Shown here: one piece after another, positions 50,347 through 62,244 of the stretch
How positions within the stretch are numbered: position 1 is the stretch's first letter
How the letters are laid out: the number at the start of each line of letters is the position of its first letter
Source of the DNA: Diplonema japonicum
Lineage: Eukaryota; Protista; Euglenozoa: Diplonemea
Reading direction: 5' to 3'
NCBI GenBank assembly: GCA_964019335.1
Contig: OZ025654.1
Span: forward strand, 744,001-808,000
DNA: 64,000 nt
Program-made: the position numbers and the translations under genes
The notes under the pieces: generated by a model
The model's input: only the letters and a program-made list of their open reading frames with translations
Told to the model about the DNA's origin: nothing
The model's database searches: none

Positions 50347-53070
50347 ATGGCTTGCACGGCGTTCAAAGAGCGTCTAGAGAATGCTTCAGCTGCTGTGCAT
50401 AAGGGTACTGAAAAAGCGTTCGAGAAGCTGAGCACAGTCGTGGTCGAGTCCCCGTGGATAACGATTGGTTCGTGTGTCCTGTTCACGATAGTGATGGCGC
50501 AGGGCATATGGCTGTACGATGAGGAGCTGTCAGCTGACAAACAGTTCACTCCACGGGACAGCCGGGCCGTGAGGGAAGAGGACTGGGTGGTGGAGAGGTT
50601 CGGGCAAGACAGCAGACAGGTGACATTGATGATTGAAGCTGACGAGGGGACCAGCATGCTGACAAGGGAGTCGCTGCTGTTTATGCAAGAGGCGCACGAG
50701 TGGATGCTGTCGAGGTCCCTCATCGTTGATGGAGTGAATGTAACCTACGATGTGGTGTGCTCGCGATACTCTTCCACCGATCCCTGCAAAACCCCTATCT
50801 CTGTCCTGTCCTTCTGGCAGCACAACCGAACGCTCCTGGAGGCAGACGCCGACCCTCTCCGCACCATCAACACCGTGTCGTGGCGTGAGATCGAACCGAC
50901 TGGCCCGCCCCTCTCCTACTACCTCGGTGAGGCAGTCCGTTCGTCCAACGACAGCGTCCAGTCTGCGAGGGCGGTGCGTATGACTTACGACCTGAAGAAT
51001 GAGAAAGAAGAGATCTCCGGCATTGGTGAAGATGACCCGCAGAGCAGGTACTTCGAGATCATGATAGCCGAGACTTCAGCAGACAGGCGTGGGCAAGACA
51101 GGACAGCGCACAAGGCCGCCATGTTCATCCTCACAGTGGCGCAGGAAAACGTTGCGGGTGATGACGCGATCCAACAGGATGTGATCAGCCTCATCATCGG
51201 CTACATGCTGCTGCTGTTCTATGCTTCGTTCGTGCTGTCCCGGGGCCGCGTGAAGTACTCGCACTCGCTGCTCGGGATAGTCTCTGTGGTGTCGGTGGGG
51301 CTGTCTACGTTCGCGGCCTATGGGTTCTGCTGGCTGATCGGCGTGAAGTTCAACAACGTTGTCCAAGTGCTTGTGCTCGTGCTGCTGGGGGTCGGGGTGG
51401 ACGACACCTTCGTGATCATGGACTCGTGGTGGGACTGCGCACACCTCCCGGATATGAAGGAGAGAATGATCACCGCGTTGAAGCACGCAGGGCCTGCCAT
51501 CACGATTACTTCGGTGACGGACCTTATTGCTTTCCTTGCAGGGTCGAGCACAGCGCTTCCTGCCCTGAAGGACTTCTGCTACTACGCGTCAGTTGGGATC
51601 GCCTTCGACTTTGTGTTCCAGTGCACGTTCGTGGTGGCGATCGCCTACTTGGACTCCGTGCGCCAAGAGAAGGCACGGGCTGACATGCTGTGCTGCGTGC
51701 CCGTGACAGACGACAGCGGGGTGTGCGTGAACAAGGACGAGCCGTGGTCGGAGGGGGACAGGGGAATCCAGAAGCGTGTGGTGGGGACCTATCTCCCGCG
51801 CCTGCTGCTGCACCCCATCGGGAAGCTGGTAGTGTTGTTGATGACCCTGTTTTTCCTCGCGATTGGGATATTCGGGTGCACCAAGGTCAAGATGAACTAC
51901 GACAACGAGTGGTTCATCCCCGACGGGCACGCCATCGAAGACGCCATCGACGTGAGGGACAGATACTTCGCGAGGTCCGAGCTGCCTGCCAACGCATACT
52001 TCGGAGACATCGACTATCCGAACCAACAGGAGGTGGTGCTGCGCGGGGCGACCATCCTGAGGCGCAACGTGTGGGCGGTGGCAAACAGCACCTCGTCGTG
52101 GATGGAGGACTTCCAAATGTGGGTACAAACGGAACAGGGAGCGCACTGGGACACAACAAATGCGAAGGTGGTGCCTGGGGAGTTTTACAGGCTGCTGCGG
52201 CAGTACGCGTCGACGGCAACAGGCCCCCGCGCTGCATGGCAACACATCGACAACATCAGGTGGAAGGCAGACGGGAGTGGGTTGACAGCCTCGCGCATCG
52301 GTTTCTTCATCGTGGGGGCTGTCAACTCGGACGGTGAAGACGCGGTGGATGCAATGGACAACCTGCGGGCGGAGCTGGACGGGGTGGCCTTCCCGTGGGC
52401 CTTCTCCTTCGTGTTCTGGGAAGCGTACAAGCTCATCATCCAGGAGATCACCAGGAACGTGGCCATTGCAGGGTCGTGTGTCTTCCTGCTGGTCACCATC
52501 ATGATTGCGAACATACAGCTCGGCCTGCTAGTGACAGTCGCCATCGGGTGTGTTGATGTATGCATGATCGGATTCATGCCCTTCATCGGTGTGGAGTTGA
52601 ACGGTGTCTCAGTCGTGTCCATTGTGCTTGCAGTGGGGCTTAGCGTTGACTACAGTGTTCACATAGCTAACGCATTTCTGCACGTGGGGTGCGAGGACAT
52701 TGAAGGCTACTCGGGGAGGGAGCAGAGGGCGGCTTTCGCGTTGTGGAAAATGGGCCCTGCTGTGGTGAATGGTGGGGTGTCGACCTTCCTGGCGATCCTC
52801 CCTGTTGCCTTCGCCGTCTCGTACGTCTTCAAGGTCTTCTTCAGGATGTTCGCGATGATCATCTTCTTTGGACAGTGGTTCGGTGTCTTGGTTGTTCCTC
52901 TCCTCCTCTCTCTAGTGGGACCTGACCAGTACCTTTCCGCGCCCGACCTCAATGCGACACCTTATCAGAACCCCCTACACCCTGATCATGATGAACCTCG
53001 TGTTGCGAAGCCGTCACTTCCTGCTGACGAAGAGCTTGAAGCTACTCGCAATGCCCCTGAATCGGTGTAG
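50347..53070 (+). CDS. Patched/NPC1-like sterol-sensing-domain RND membrane protein
   Basis: LGVGVDD, AGPAITITSVTD, VGLSVDYSVH; 12-TM RND topology. Confidence 0.93.
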   Translation: MACTAFKERLENASAAVHKGTEKAFEKLSTVVVESPWITIGSCVLFTIVMAQGIWLYDEELSADKQFTPRDSRAVREEDWVVERFGQDSRQVTLMIEADEGTSMLTRESLLFMQEAHEWMLSRSLIVDGVNVTYDVVCSRYSSTDPCKTPISVLSFWQHNRTLLEADADPLRTINTVSWREIEPTGPPLSYYLGEAVRSSNDSVQSARAVRMTYDLKNEKEEISGIGEDDPQSRYFEIMIAETSADRRGQDRTAHKAAMFILTVAQENVAGDDAIQQDVISLIIGYMLLLFYASFVLSRGRVKYSHSLLGIVSVVSVGLSTFAAYGFCWLIGVKFNNVVQVLVLVLLGVGVDDTFVIMDSWWDCAHLPDMKERMITALKHAGPAITITSVTDLIAFLAGSSTALPALKDFCYYASVGIAFDFVFQCTFVVAIAYLDSVRQEKARADMLCCVPVTDDSGVCVNKDEPWSEGDRGIQKRVVGTYLPRLLLHPIGKLVVLLMTLFFLAIGIFGCTKVKMNYDNEWFIPDGHAIEDAIDVRDRYFARSELPANAYFGDIDYPNQQEVVLRGATILRRNVWAVANSTSSWMEDFQMWVQTEQGAHWDTTNAKVVPGEFYRLLRQYASTATGPRAAWQHIDNIRWKADGSGLTASRIGFFIVGAVNSDGEDAVDAMDNLRAELDGVAFPWAFSFVFWEAYKLIIQEITRNVAIAGSCVFLLVTIMIANIQLGLLVTVAIGCVDVCMIGFMPFIGVELNGVSVVSIVLAVGLSVDYSVHIANAFLHVGCEDIEGYSGREQRAAFALWKMGPAVVNGGVSTFLAILPVAFAVSYVFKVFFRMFAMIIFFGQWFGVLVVPLLLSLVGPDQYLSAPDLNATPYQNPLHPDHDEPRVAKPSLPADEELEATRNAPESV

Positions 53071-53077
53071 GGGTAAT

Positions 53078-53120
<43 letters not shown>

Positions 53121-53377
53121 TCTCGTTTCTCGCCCCCTCCACTCTTTCTATTGAGCTCTTCGATCGATTGAGCTTTGTTATTAATCGCAGCAAGAATAAA
53201 GCTCAAAGAAGAAAAAGAAAGAAAAAGGAAAAGAACTAGAGGTAAAGAAAGAAAGAAAGAAAGAAAGAAAGAAAAATTAGAGCAAATGAATAAACACTGC
53301 GCTTGTTGTCGAAATCTTCGAGCCACTTTATGCGTTTTTTTTTTCGTGAGCACCCCCCATGCGCACTAAAAATTTAC

Positions 53378-53442
<65 letters not shown>

Positions 53443-54184
53443 ACGATTAACACCACCTAGTGTTGCAATTAAAGCCCCATTTTTTTCCCTTTTTCTTTTT
53501 TCATTTGTTCATTCCTCCCCTCTCCCTCTGACTTTTCTTTTGTTTTTGTCTGCCGTGAGATCATGCCTCACAGTTGGCAGCAATTCAATTACCTCTAACC
53601 ATTTTATTTTTTTTTACTAATTTCTTTTTGATTTCTAACCTTTTTTAACCCACGGCATAAGTAACTCTTTCTTTCTTTTCCCTTTATGCGATTGTTTTTC
53701 TCATCTTCAGTTTTTCTCATCTCCCGTTCTTTTAAAGAAGGCTGCTTGCTTTACCCCAGTGAACGGCTTAAGGGACTGAAGAAAAAAAAAATGCAGAAAA
53801 CGAAGAAAAATAGGGAGGGTAGAGGAAATACCGTGGGCCATATACACAAAAATATTTCTCTCTCCATTTCCTTTTCTCCCCTCCTCTCTTGTTTTTATGC
53901 CGAACAAGGATGCTGTTGTTTGCCAAAGCCGAGGCCACAGAACCATCTAGCGACAGGAACTATACACGACGAGGCGTATCTAGGTAGGGGCGACAGCCAA
54001 CACATAAAAATACCCCCCCCCTCTCCCCCCTTTTCTTTTCCTTCCCTCTTACCTGCCGGTGGATATATGTCTAGCGGAATTCTTTTATTTATTCTTTTTA
54101 TTCTTTCTCCCTCTTCCTCTCTCCCCTATCTTATTTGTGAAAATATCACTTTTCTTATTGCCTAGTCCTCACAACAACAAGAAG

Positions 54185-54227
<43 letters not shown>

Positions 54228-54269
54228 AAACTGACCTTTTTCCGTACACAAGAGAAAAAAAGAAAGAAA

Positions 54270-57200
54270 ATGAGCAGCGATTCAATTTTCAACCACGTCT
54301 ATACATTCTTCAAGGAAAGCAGGGACGAGGTGCTGAATGCCGTGGCTGTGAAGAAGCTGATGAAACAGTTCTTCTCTGTAGACGGTTCCCCCGACGACCT
54401 GTCGAACGTTGAGTGGCCTATCGCCGAACTGACGCTGAACGTGGAGGAGAAGGGGGACAACCTGAACACCTTCCTGGGGAGCAAAACCAGGTTCGCGGTG
54501 AAGAGCGGGGTCCTGAAGGAGGCGGAGTACGACAACAAGCGTTTCAAGGCGGAGGAGGGGGTGTTCAAGCTGCACTACCGGCGGAGGCAGCAGGACGACA
54601 TGAGAAGCTTGGACGGTGAAGGGGTGTACCAGTACTGCAAGTTGATCGGCTTGGAAGACGCGCAGGCGTTCAAGGAAACAAAGGGCGGCGAGCTAGTGAA
54701 GATCGTGAATGGCGAGATCCCCATGCGCGCGGTGGAGGGCACCATCCCTGCGCTGAAAGAAGCGTTCAAACAGCAGTTTTACGACCCACTCAGCTCTGCT
54801 TCGCCCGTCTTCACAGCCTTGCTGAAGCACTGCGACTCCTTCAGCAACGTGGAGTGCCACGTGAAGAACTGCAAAGTGGTTTTGATCTACGATGAAACCA
54901 AAACCACATCTAGCAATATCACCTTCACGCTGACCAACCTGAAGGTCACAAGCCAGTCCGTCACCTTTGACAGCCTCGTTGCCTCATCTCCGACTACCAA
55001 CGATTTACTACGGGCAACAGGTTTCTCATCGACAGCTGCGGGTATCAAGGCCGAGTCCTTGGCCGCCACCGCCTGCGAGGAGCTCCATATCATCCACGAT
55101 GCGTCGAGCTTCGTCAACGGCTGCACCCAGGCCAACATCGCGGTCGAGACAGCGTCTCTCACCATCTCCCACTTCACCCTCGCAACAGAGAAGCTCTGCC
55201 ACACTGACGAGGGCAAGTTCACAACGGCTGCCTGCCGGTTGCAACAGGGCGGGAAGGACCTCGGAATCGTGCTGGACGGGCTCTGCGGGACAGTGAAGCG
55301 GGAAGAGGTAGAAGTGGGATCGTCCGGGGTCGGATTCTTGAAGTACAAAATCGACATGACCAAGCCGGACATCAAAGGGAACTTCTCCGAGGACGACCTT
55401 GCGGCGTTCGCCATGATGAAGCAGAAGTTCTTCGAGCAGCAGGAGAAAATGACCGGTGACCCCGTGACACAGCTCGTCGTGGTACTAAGGTGCGACACAG
55501 CAACCCTCAGCCACCCTGCACCCTGCGGGGGGCAGAAGAAATGGGTGCTCGATAAACCGGCCTTCAATGTGAAGTGGAAGTCCGACTCGGGTTTGTTGTC
55601 GTGCGAATTGGGGTGCACCGGGGCCGGACAGGCGCTGTTGGACGACAAGCGAGTCTTCCACACACAGGGAATGAAGTTTGTGTACGTGAGATCCACCGAC
55701 AAGCAAGAGATCCAAAAAATGGACAAGCCGGTCTTTTGCTTCAGAGACACCCCTTTTTACCGCGGCAGTGACATTGGCAAACAACCTTTGCTGGCTTTAC
55801 AAGGGGCGTTGCAGCCTTTTCTCTACCGCAACGTGAACACTGCTGTGGAGCAGGTGAAATTCATTTTCTCGGACGTTGAAATCACCCTAGACCAGCTCAC
55901 CCTGAACTCAGTACCCTCGGAGCTGTCACTGGTCACCACGCTGTCGGGGTCGTGCACGATAGTTGACAGCGACAGCCATAAGCCCATTCTAACTCTGTCC
56001 TCGTTCACAACGGAGCTCGACGTGGGGCCCACCCACACGACCATCAAGTGGATCGACAGCGATGCGCTGGACTGTGCACAGGGCTGCTTCAGTGACGTCC
56101 CGTCCTACCTTCTCCTGCTCGCGAATATGTGCGGCAGCTCTCTCTCCCTCACCAAGTCTGATATCAGGCGGGCGACGTTCCAGTCGCAGAGCAATTCACC
56201 CATCGAGTTCCGAACGCTCTCTCTGTCATCATCGAGCGAAGGTGTCCCTGCCGTCAGTGTGACACCGAGCTTCGAGAAGGTGAAGACCAGCAGACTGCCT
56301 CTGTGCGGTGGGCACCCGCTCAGGTTTACAGTAGAGCGCCTCACAGCCGACTCTGTGACGGTGAATGACATGACGGTGAATGGCCTCGACATGAGGCTTG
56401 GGTACAATTGCGGTGCTGTGGACCTCGAGGTCCGCAGCATCCAGGACATGCAACTGCAAGGGGAGGCAGCCACCCCCGACGGGATCGCGGCTGGTGTGGA
56501 GGCTTTGAAGGGGCTAGTGCGTTCGACGGCCAGCACTCTGAAGGGATACCGGAAGGGTGCCCTGAAGACCCTCGACAGGAAGATCAAAGAGCACCAAGAC
56601 CTGGTGCCAGATGAAGAGAAGAGCCTTGTGCCCCTCCCCCCGAAAGAGCTGTTGGTTGTGAACAGTGGAAAAAGGGCTTCTTATCACCAACAGTGGCTGA
56701 GCGCGTTCCGTATGCCTGGTGAAACATCACAGGTGCTGACCTTCAGCGTGGGCTGCATCGCCAAGTGCACCGTGTTGCTTGAGGAGGAGCTGGTCTTGGA
56801 GCTTGAGGAGGTGAGTGTGGAGGGCAAGGGGGACTTCGACGATGACAACGCAACGCCTTTGGTCCTGAGGTTCTCGAAAATGGTTCTGAGGGACTGCGCT
56901 GAGCCGACGCCGACGACAATGTTGCTGATGAAGAACAAGGCCTGCATCTCCTTCAAACCAGATGGCGTAGTGCAGCTGGACTTCTCGAAGATGGATGTGG
57001 TGGTTAGCGTAAAGGACATGTCGCTTCTGCGGAGCCTCATAAGCGTCGTGAAGCCGTATTTCGACCTCGTAGATGACTGCAAGTGCATCCCCGTGGCAGA
57101 TACCTCAGTGACAGTCCATGTGAGGGCTGAGGTGTGCTTCGAAATCGTGGCAAGAGCGTACGACTCGGACTTGGTAGCCGAGCTGAGAGACTTTATCGCA

Positions 57201-59642
57201 AAGCTCAACGACTACAACAATAAATGGGAAGGCGGCTACGAACACGTCTTTAAACTGAAGCACCGCAAGCAGGCGTTGAGCTTTGGGGACCTTCTCAGCA
57301 ATGTGCAGGCCGAGGATGTCTTCAATGTAGGTTGGGTAAGCAGGATGATCTCGGCGACCACCAACTTCAACGCAAAAAAGCATGAGAACAAGTTGAAGTA
57401 CGAGCAGTGCCGCGAGGAAACCGCCAACGTGAACATCCTAGAAAAGATCACCGAAATGCTGAAGGTAGGGAAGGAGAAGGAGGCACTGGAGTACCTGCTG
57501 CGCAGAAGCTGCGAAAGCGGAGCGGACATGTCGTGGCTGTCACAGTTTGGAATGCACGCGCAGGGACGGGGGAGGGCTGCCAGCGTTGGTCCGGCAGGGC
57601 TTGTACCTGGGTCAGGTGGTTTGCCTTCTGCTCCTGGTGGAGTTATCAAGGCACCTCAGCCTGCCCCTCCGAGTGGACTCGTTGTGCACCCAGTCTCTGT
57701 TGCGCCCCCGGTTCCCGTTGCACCCCCGGTCCCCAGTGTTGTCCCCAGTCGACCTGTTCCTGGTGCACCTCCTCCTCCTGGTGGAAAGATACCGCCTCCT
57801 CCCGGTGGTGGGAAGATACCACCCCCTCCCGGTAGTGGGAAGATACCACCCCCTCCAGGTGGAAAGATACCTCCCCCTCCACCCCTTGGTGGCATACCAT
57901 CTGCGCTCGGGTTGGGTGGTGCAGTTGCGGTTATTAACTTCGAGAGCCTCGTCCCGAAGAAGAGGCCTAGGAAGACGGAGACGACAGCAACGTTGAAGAT
58001 ACACAGTAAGGTGCCCCCATCAGTGACCAGTTCAATCTGGAGCACGGTGCTGGCTCGGGATGTTAATGTGGCCATCAACCTAGCTGAGTTCGAGAAGAAA
58101 GTAGGGGGCGGGATAGCTCCAAAGCCAAAGGCAGCAGACTCTTGGGTGGCCGTGGTCGATCAGAAGCGGCTGAACCAGCTGGACATCATGTCCAAGTCTT
58201 GGGACGAAGAGGTGGTGGGATACATCGGAGAACTGGACCAAGAGTTGTTCTTGGACGAGTCTTACGAGTCTTTGGTACAGGCACTCAAGGTAGATGACTG
58301 GAAGAAGGAAGGGAACAACGTCAGAGAGAAGTTGGCCCTGCCCGACGAAGACGAAAAGCTATACAAGCAGGTCTTGTACAAGCTGCACATGGCGAACAAC
58401 TTCCCCGCAATGTACATGATCCTCAAGGAGTGGTACAGCGAATATGGTGACAACACGACTGCGCGTAAGATGTGTGAGCTCGGGTACAAGGAATACTGTG
58501 AGGCGTGCAAGACTCTTGAAGACAAGGCCTTCACAACAGCGCTGGGTGCTCTATGGCAAGTGACTTATTGTCTGAATGAACCGAAGGACGCCAAGGTATG
58601 TGCAGGAGAACAAAAAAGGAAAAGGGTGAAGTGCTAACTAGACCTCAAGTTTTAGAAATGCTCAAAGTCCGCCCCTTCAAAATGCCCCAAGTCAACCTCC
58701 CAATTTTTCTAATGCCCACATTAGACCCCTAGTCCGACCGGGTTCGGTTTAAAGTGCTCAAAACACCCCCTTAGTTTTTCTCGACTCCGTTGGGCGTCCC
58801 TTTGGCGATGTACTGCAGCTTGCTGAAGCTGTAATAATTGCGCTGCTGTCATGCCAGAACACCCCCGAAGTCACCACCCTGGTGCATGTGCGAAACCGCT
58901 GACGGAAGACCCGAGTGTCGGTCATTTGAGCATTTTCCTTTAAACTTAGGGGTCTAGTTAGCAGTAAAACTGAGTTTTCTCGGGAAAAAAAAAAAAAAAA
59001 AAAAAAAAAAAGACTCCACATTTCGTTGGGTCGAACCTCCCCATCGACCTGCTGCAAATTGATAGGGCGTGCACAACGAAGGCACCACAGAGTGGCAAAT
59101 CTGTTGTTCAGTATGCAGCCTGCAATCTAGAAGGTGCCGAGGTAGTGCCGCAGGAGGTGTTGAATGCCTTGATCGTCCTGGAGAGGAACTTCGAAAAGGA
59201 GTATGTGACACTGGGGAGGGGGGGAGCGGGAGGGTCATGTTTCGAAAGAGACTTTTTAAGGGGTATTTTTTGCCCCCCCCCAAAAAAAAGAAAAAAAGAA
59301 AACACATACAGGAACGAAGACTTTGAGAAGATGACCCTCTTCATGAAGAAGCTGAGGGCGCAGCACGAGGTCCAAAAGGCATTTGTCAGCAGCGCTGGTA
59401 CCCCACCGGAGAGGAAGACGGCTTCACTGCAGTTCATCAAAGTCGTTAACAACGCTTTCTCATGGGAGAAGGGGCTCAGCGAGACCAAGGAGGCATGCAC
59501 CAAGGCTGAAAACGCCCGGAAGGAGTTGCTGACTTTCTTCTGCTTAAAGAAGGAAGATGAGATTGCGAAGGTCTGCAAAAACCTCCAGCAGGTGATTTCT
59601 GAGTGGAACGGGGAGGTAGAAAAGACAAAGCCGAAACAGTAA
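54270..59642 (+). CDS. Formin (FH1 plus divergent FH2) with a ~1,050-aa beta-rich N-terminus; exons 54270-58595, 59013-59200, 59312-59642 (1614 aa)
   Basis: GGKIPPPP repeats; KIHSKV..SSIW..INLAEFEK..VVDQKRLNQLDI; spliced exon 2 reads IDLLQIDRACTTKAPQSGKSVVQYAA. GTATGT donors. Confidence 0.82.
58637..58958. mobile_element. 322-bp MITE with ~30-bp TIRs and TA duplication inside formin intron 1
   Basis: TGC TA|ACTAGACCTCAAGTTTTAGAAATGCTCAAA ... TTTGAGCATTTTCCTTTAAACTTAGGGGTCTAGT|TA GCA; the empty site TGCTAGCA is palindromic. Confidence 0.8.
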
Positions 59643-60360
59643 TCTTTTTCTTACTCCCACCACCTTTATATTTCTTTCTTTTACTTGCTAAAAAAAACCC
59701 CCCTCAGTTACTTTCTTCTTCTTTTTTTTTTTTTAACCTGGAGTTTGTCAACCCGAAACACGTTGCCAACGTCCCCTTTTGTTTAGACAAGTCAAAGACT
59801 CGTTCTTGCAAAAAAAAGAGAAAAAAAAAAAGAAAAAAAAAAAAGGGGGAAAAAAAGTGTATCTCCAAAAGTCTAACCCCAGTCTTTTAGCAGACTGGTT
59901 TTTCTAGGGGCTGCAACCTGATTCCGGTGCGGGGGAAAAAAAAAAGTTTCACCGCGAGCAGCTCTCATTCTTAGCCCTCCTCCTCTCCCGTATCCTCACG
60001 GGCTTTCCTTCTTACGTTTCTTTGTTAGGACAGCAATGTTTTTTTTTATCTCCAGTCCCAAATTAAGGTGGGTAACGACACCTCAAGCGTGTTGCTGTCC
60101 CATGTTGGGGTAGGTGACGGCGCACCAGAGACAAGTTCATGCGAGACGGCCTCGAGCCATCGCACCCCAACAGCAGTCGTGGCGTTGTTGGCTTACCGGA
60201 AACGGTAACTGGGCCCATGGTAACCCAACCAACTACAAACAGCGCATGTGTTACAGGTGCCTGTAGTCAAGTAGACAGTGGTGGCGCCCTGCACAATGGC
60301 TTCCTTTATCTCTTAAAAAGTCTACACTTCAAAAAAAAAAAAAAAAAAAAAAAAAAAAGA

Positions 60361-62207
60361 ATGTGGTGTGTGAGCATCAAAGTCTTGAACATAGCGCTTG
60401 TGTTGCTGTGCATTGTGATGACTGCATTTCTGTGCACGTTCTTTGCGATAAGCAGCAGCAACACAGCGTTAGACGACACGAAGTCCTCGCGGGACTACTC
60501 CGTGGACTCATGCTTCGCGGTGGGCGGAGAGAGTGTTCAAAACAGAACATATGATTACACAGACCTGCTGATGATGAGCACCATAGACCACATGCACCAG
60601 TTCTTCGACCGCCAACGCCAGATGCCGGTAGAGATGGCCGACGAGCTGATGTCACACGAATGGGACGACATAAAAAGATGGGAATGGCACCGCATGTCTC
60701 GATACTACTGGCCTTACCACACACTACGCGGGCTGGGCAGCACTGGGGTGTTAATCATGCTGAGAAACAAGCTAATGATGTACATGTACGAGTCGGGCGA
60801 CACAGTGCTCCACGATCCGAGCGCTTACCACGAATTGAAGATTAGAGTCAACTATGGTGACGATCACCCGCAAGGCGGGTATCAACGATCTTTCGAAACT
60901 CATCTAATGCACGGGACAGGTCTCCCTTACAATGTAGTCAACCCCCTTACAGATGTGAACTGGAACTACAGCAACTGCAGCCAAGGGATCGCACTCGCCA
61001 CCAACGGGAGTCAGTATGACGAGCCGTGTATAGCACGAGGCTACGACGACCCATCAACAAACGGTATTTATGGTGCCGGGCACCTCTTCTCCGAAGGCTC
61101 TTGGGGGTACCCTTACACCAACGCGAACAACCACCTCATTGTTGCCTTGTTCGCGCCCATCCGCCACAACGGGGTTTACTCCGGTGTCGCCGTGTCCGGG
61201 GCCGATTTACGCCAGATCAGCTCCTGGATGGCGAGGATCAAAGTCGGCGGCCCTATCGGAGGATACCCATCAAGAGGCCGCTTGTTCATAACAGTCAGGA
61301 CAAGCTTCATGATACCCTCCAGCGTAGGAAAACTGCTAGGATCATCACACGGAGGGTATGGACAGTACAACAACATTCCCATAAAGGACTGAGCTGTGAC
61401 TTATCAGTCTAAATTCTTTTTTAAACTTCTGCCAAGGAACTTTTAGTGCTCTGCATGCCCACTCTTTAAAGAGGGGCCCTATTGCGCGACTTTTTTTTAT
61501 ACTGAATGCTATATTGCCCATAAATCTTTGCATCAAAACTGCAAGGGGAGAAAAAAAGTATTGGCACATACATTGTTTTTTTTTAAAGGACTTTTACAAA
61601 CCCCATAAGGAGTCGTGCCGAAAGCACTTCTGAAGAGTCAGTGTCACCGGATGACGGGGATGTCTCGGATATGGAATGGGATGACAAAATCGAGAAGGGG
61701 AGGAAAATATTTCGCAAGGTACCAGGTCCAACTGTACCAATGTGGGCCTCAATGGGCTGGAGGTCTTTCCTTTGTTTTTGAGGGCGGCCTTCCAGCAGGG
61801 GGCTTGTCTTGTACTTTGAGTTGTTTTTCACTCCTGCGGTTCTAAAAGGTTATCGTGGGGTGGGCAGCAAGCCATTCGAGTGGTATAGAGGCCTTTGGAT
61901 ACTTACAGGGCACATAATCAAGACAGATATCAAAGTCTACTGGGCACAGGATGAACTCACAGATACCCCATATTCATAATATTTCAGAACGGTAATGGGA
62001 AGAAACAGGCTCCTAAAAATAATGCGCCTCTACCACCAAAGTTTGGGCGTCCGGGGCTGATATGCAGGTCGCTTCACGCTCCAGAACTGGGGTAGTGAAA
62101 ATAATATGGCTAGACACCCTATAACTCCACCCTTGCCATTTTATTTTTGTATCAGAACGAGAAGTTCAGAATCGGCTTTTTAGACCGGCAATAGCGGTCC
62201 TTTGTGG

Positions 62208-62244
<37 letters not shown>

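Noticed and set aside
54996-55007. ACCAACGATTTA resembling the start of a diplonemid spliced leader
   Set aside because: Only 12 nt, inside an open CDS, and the rest of the leader is absent.
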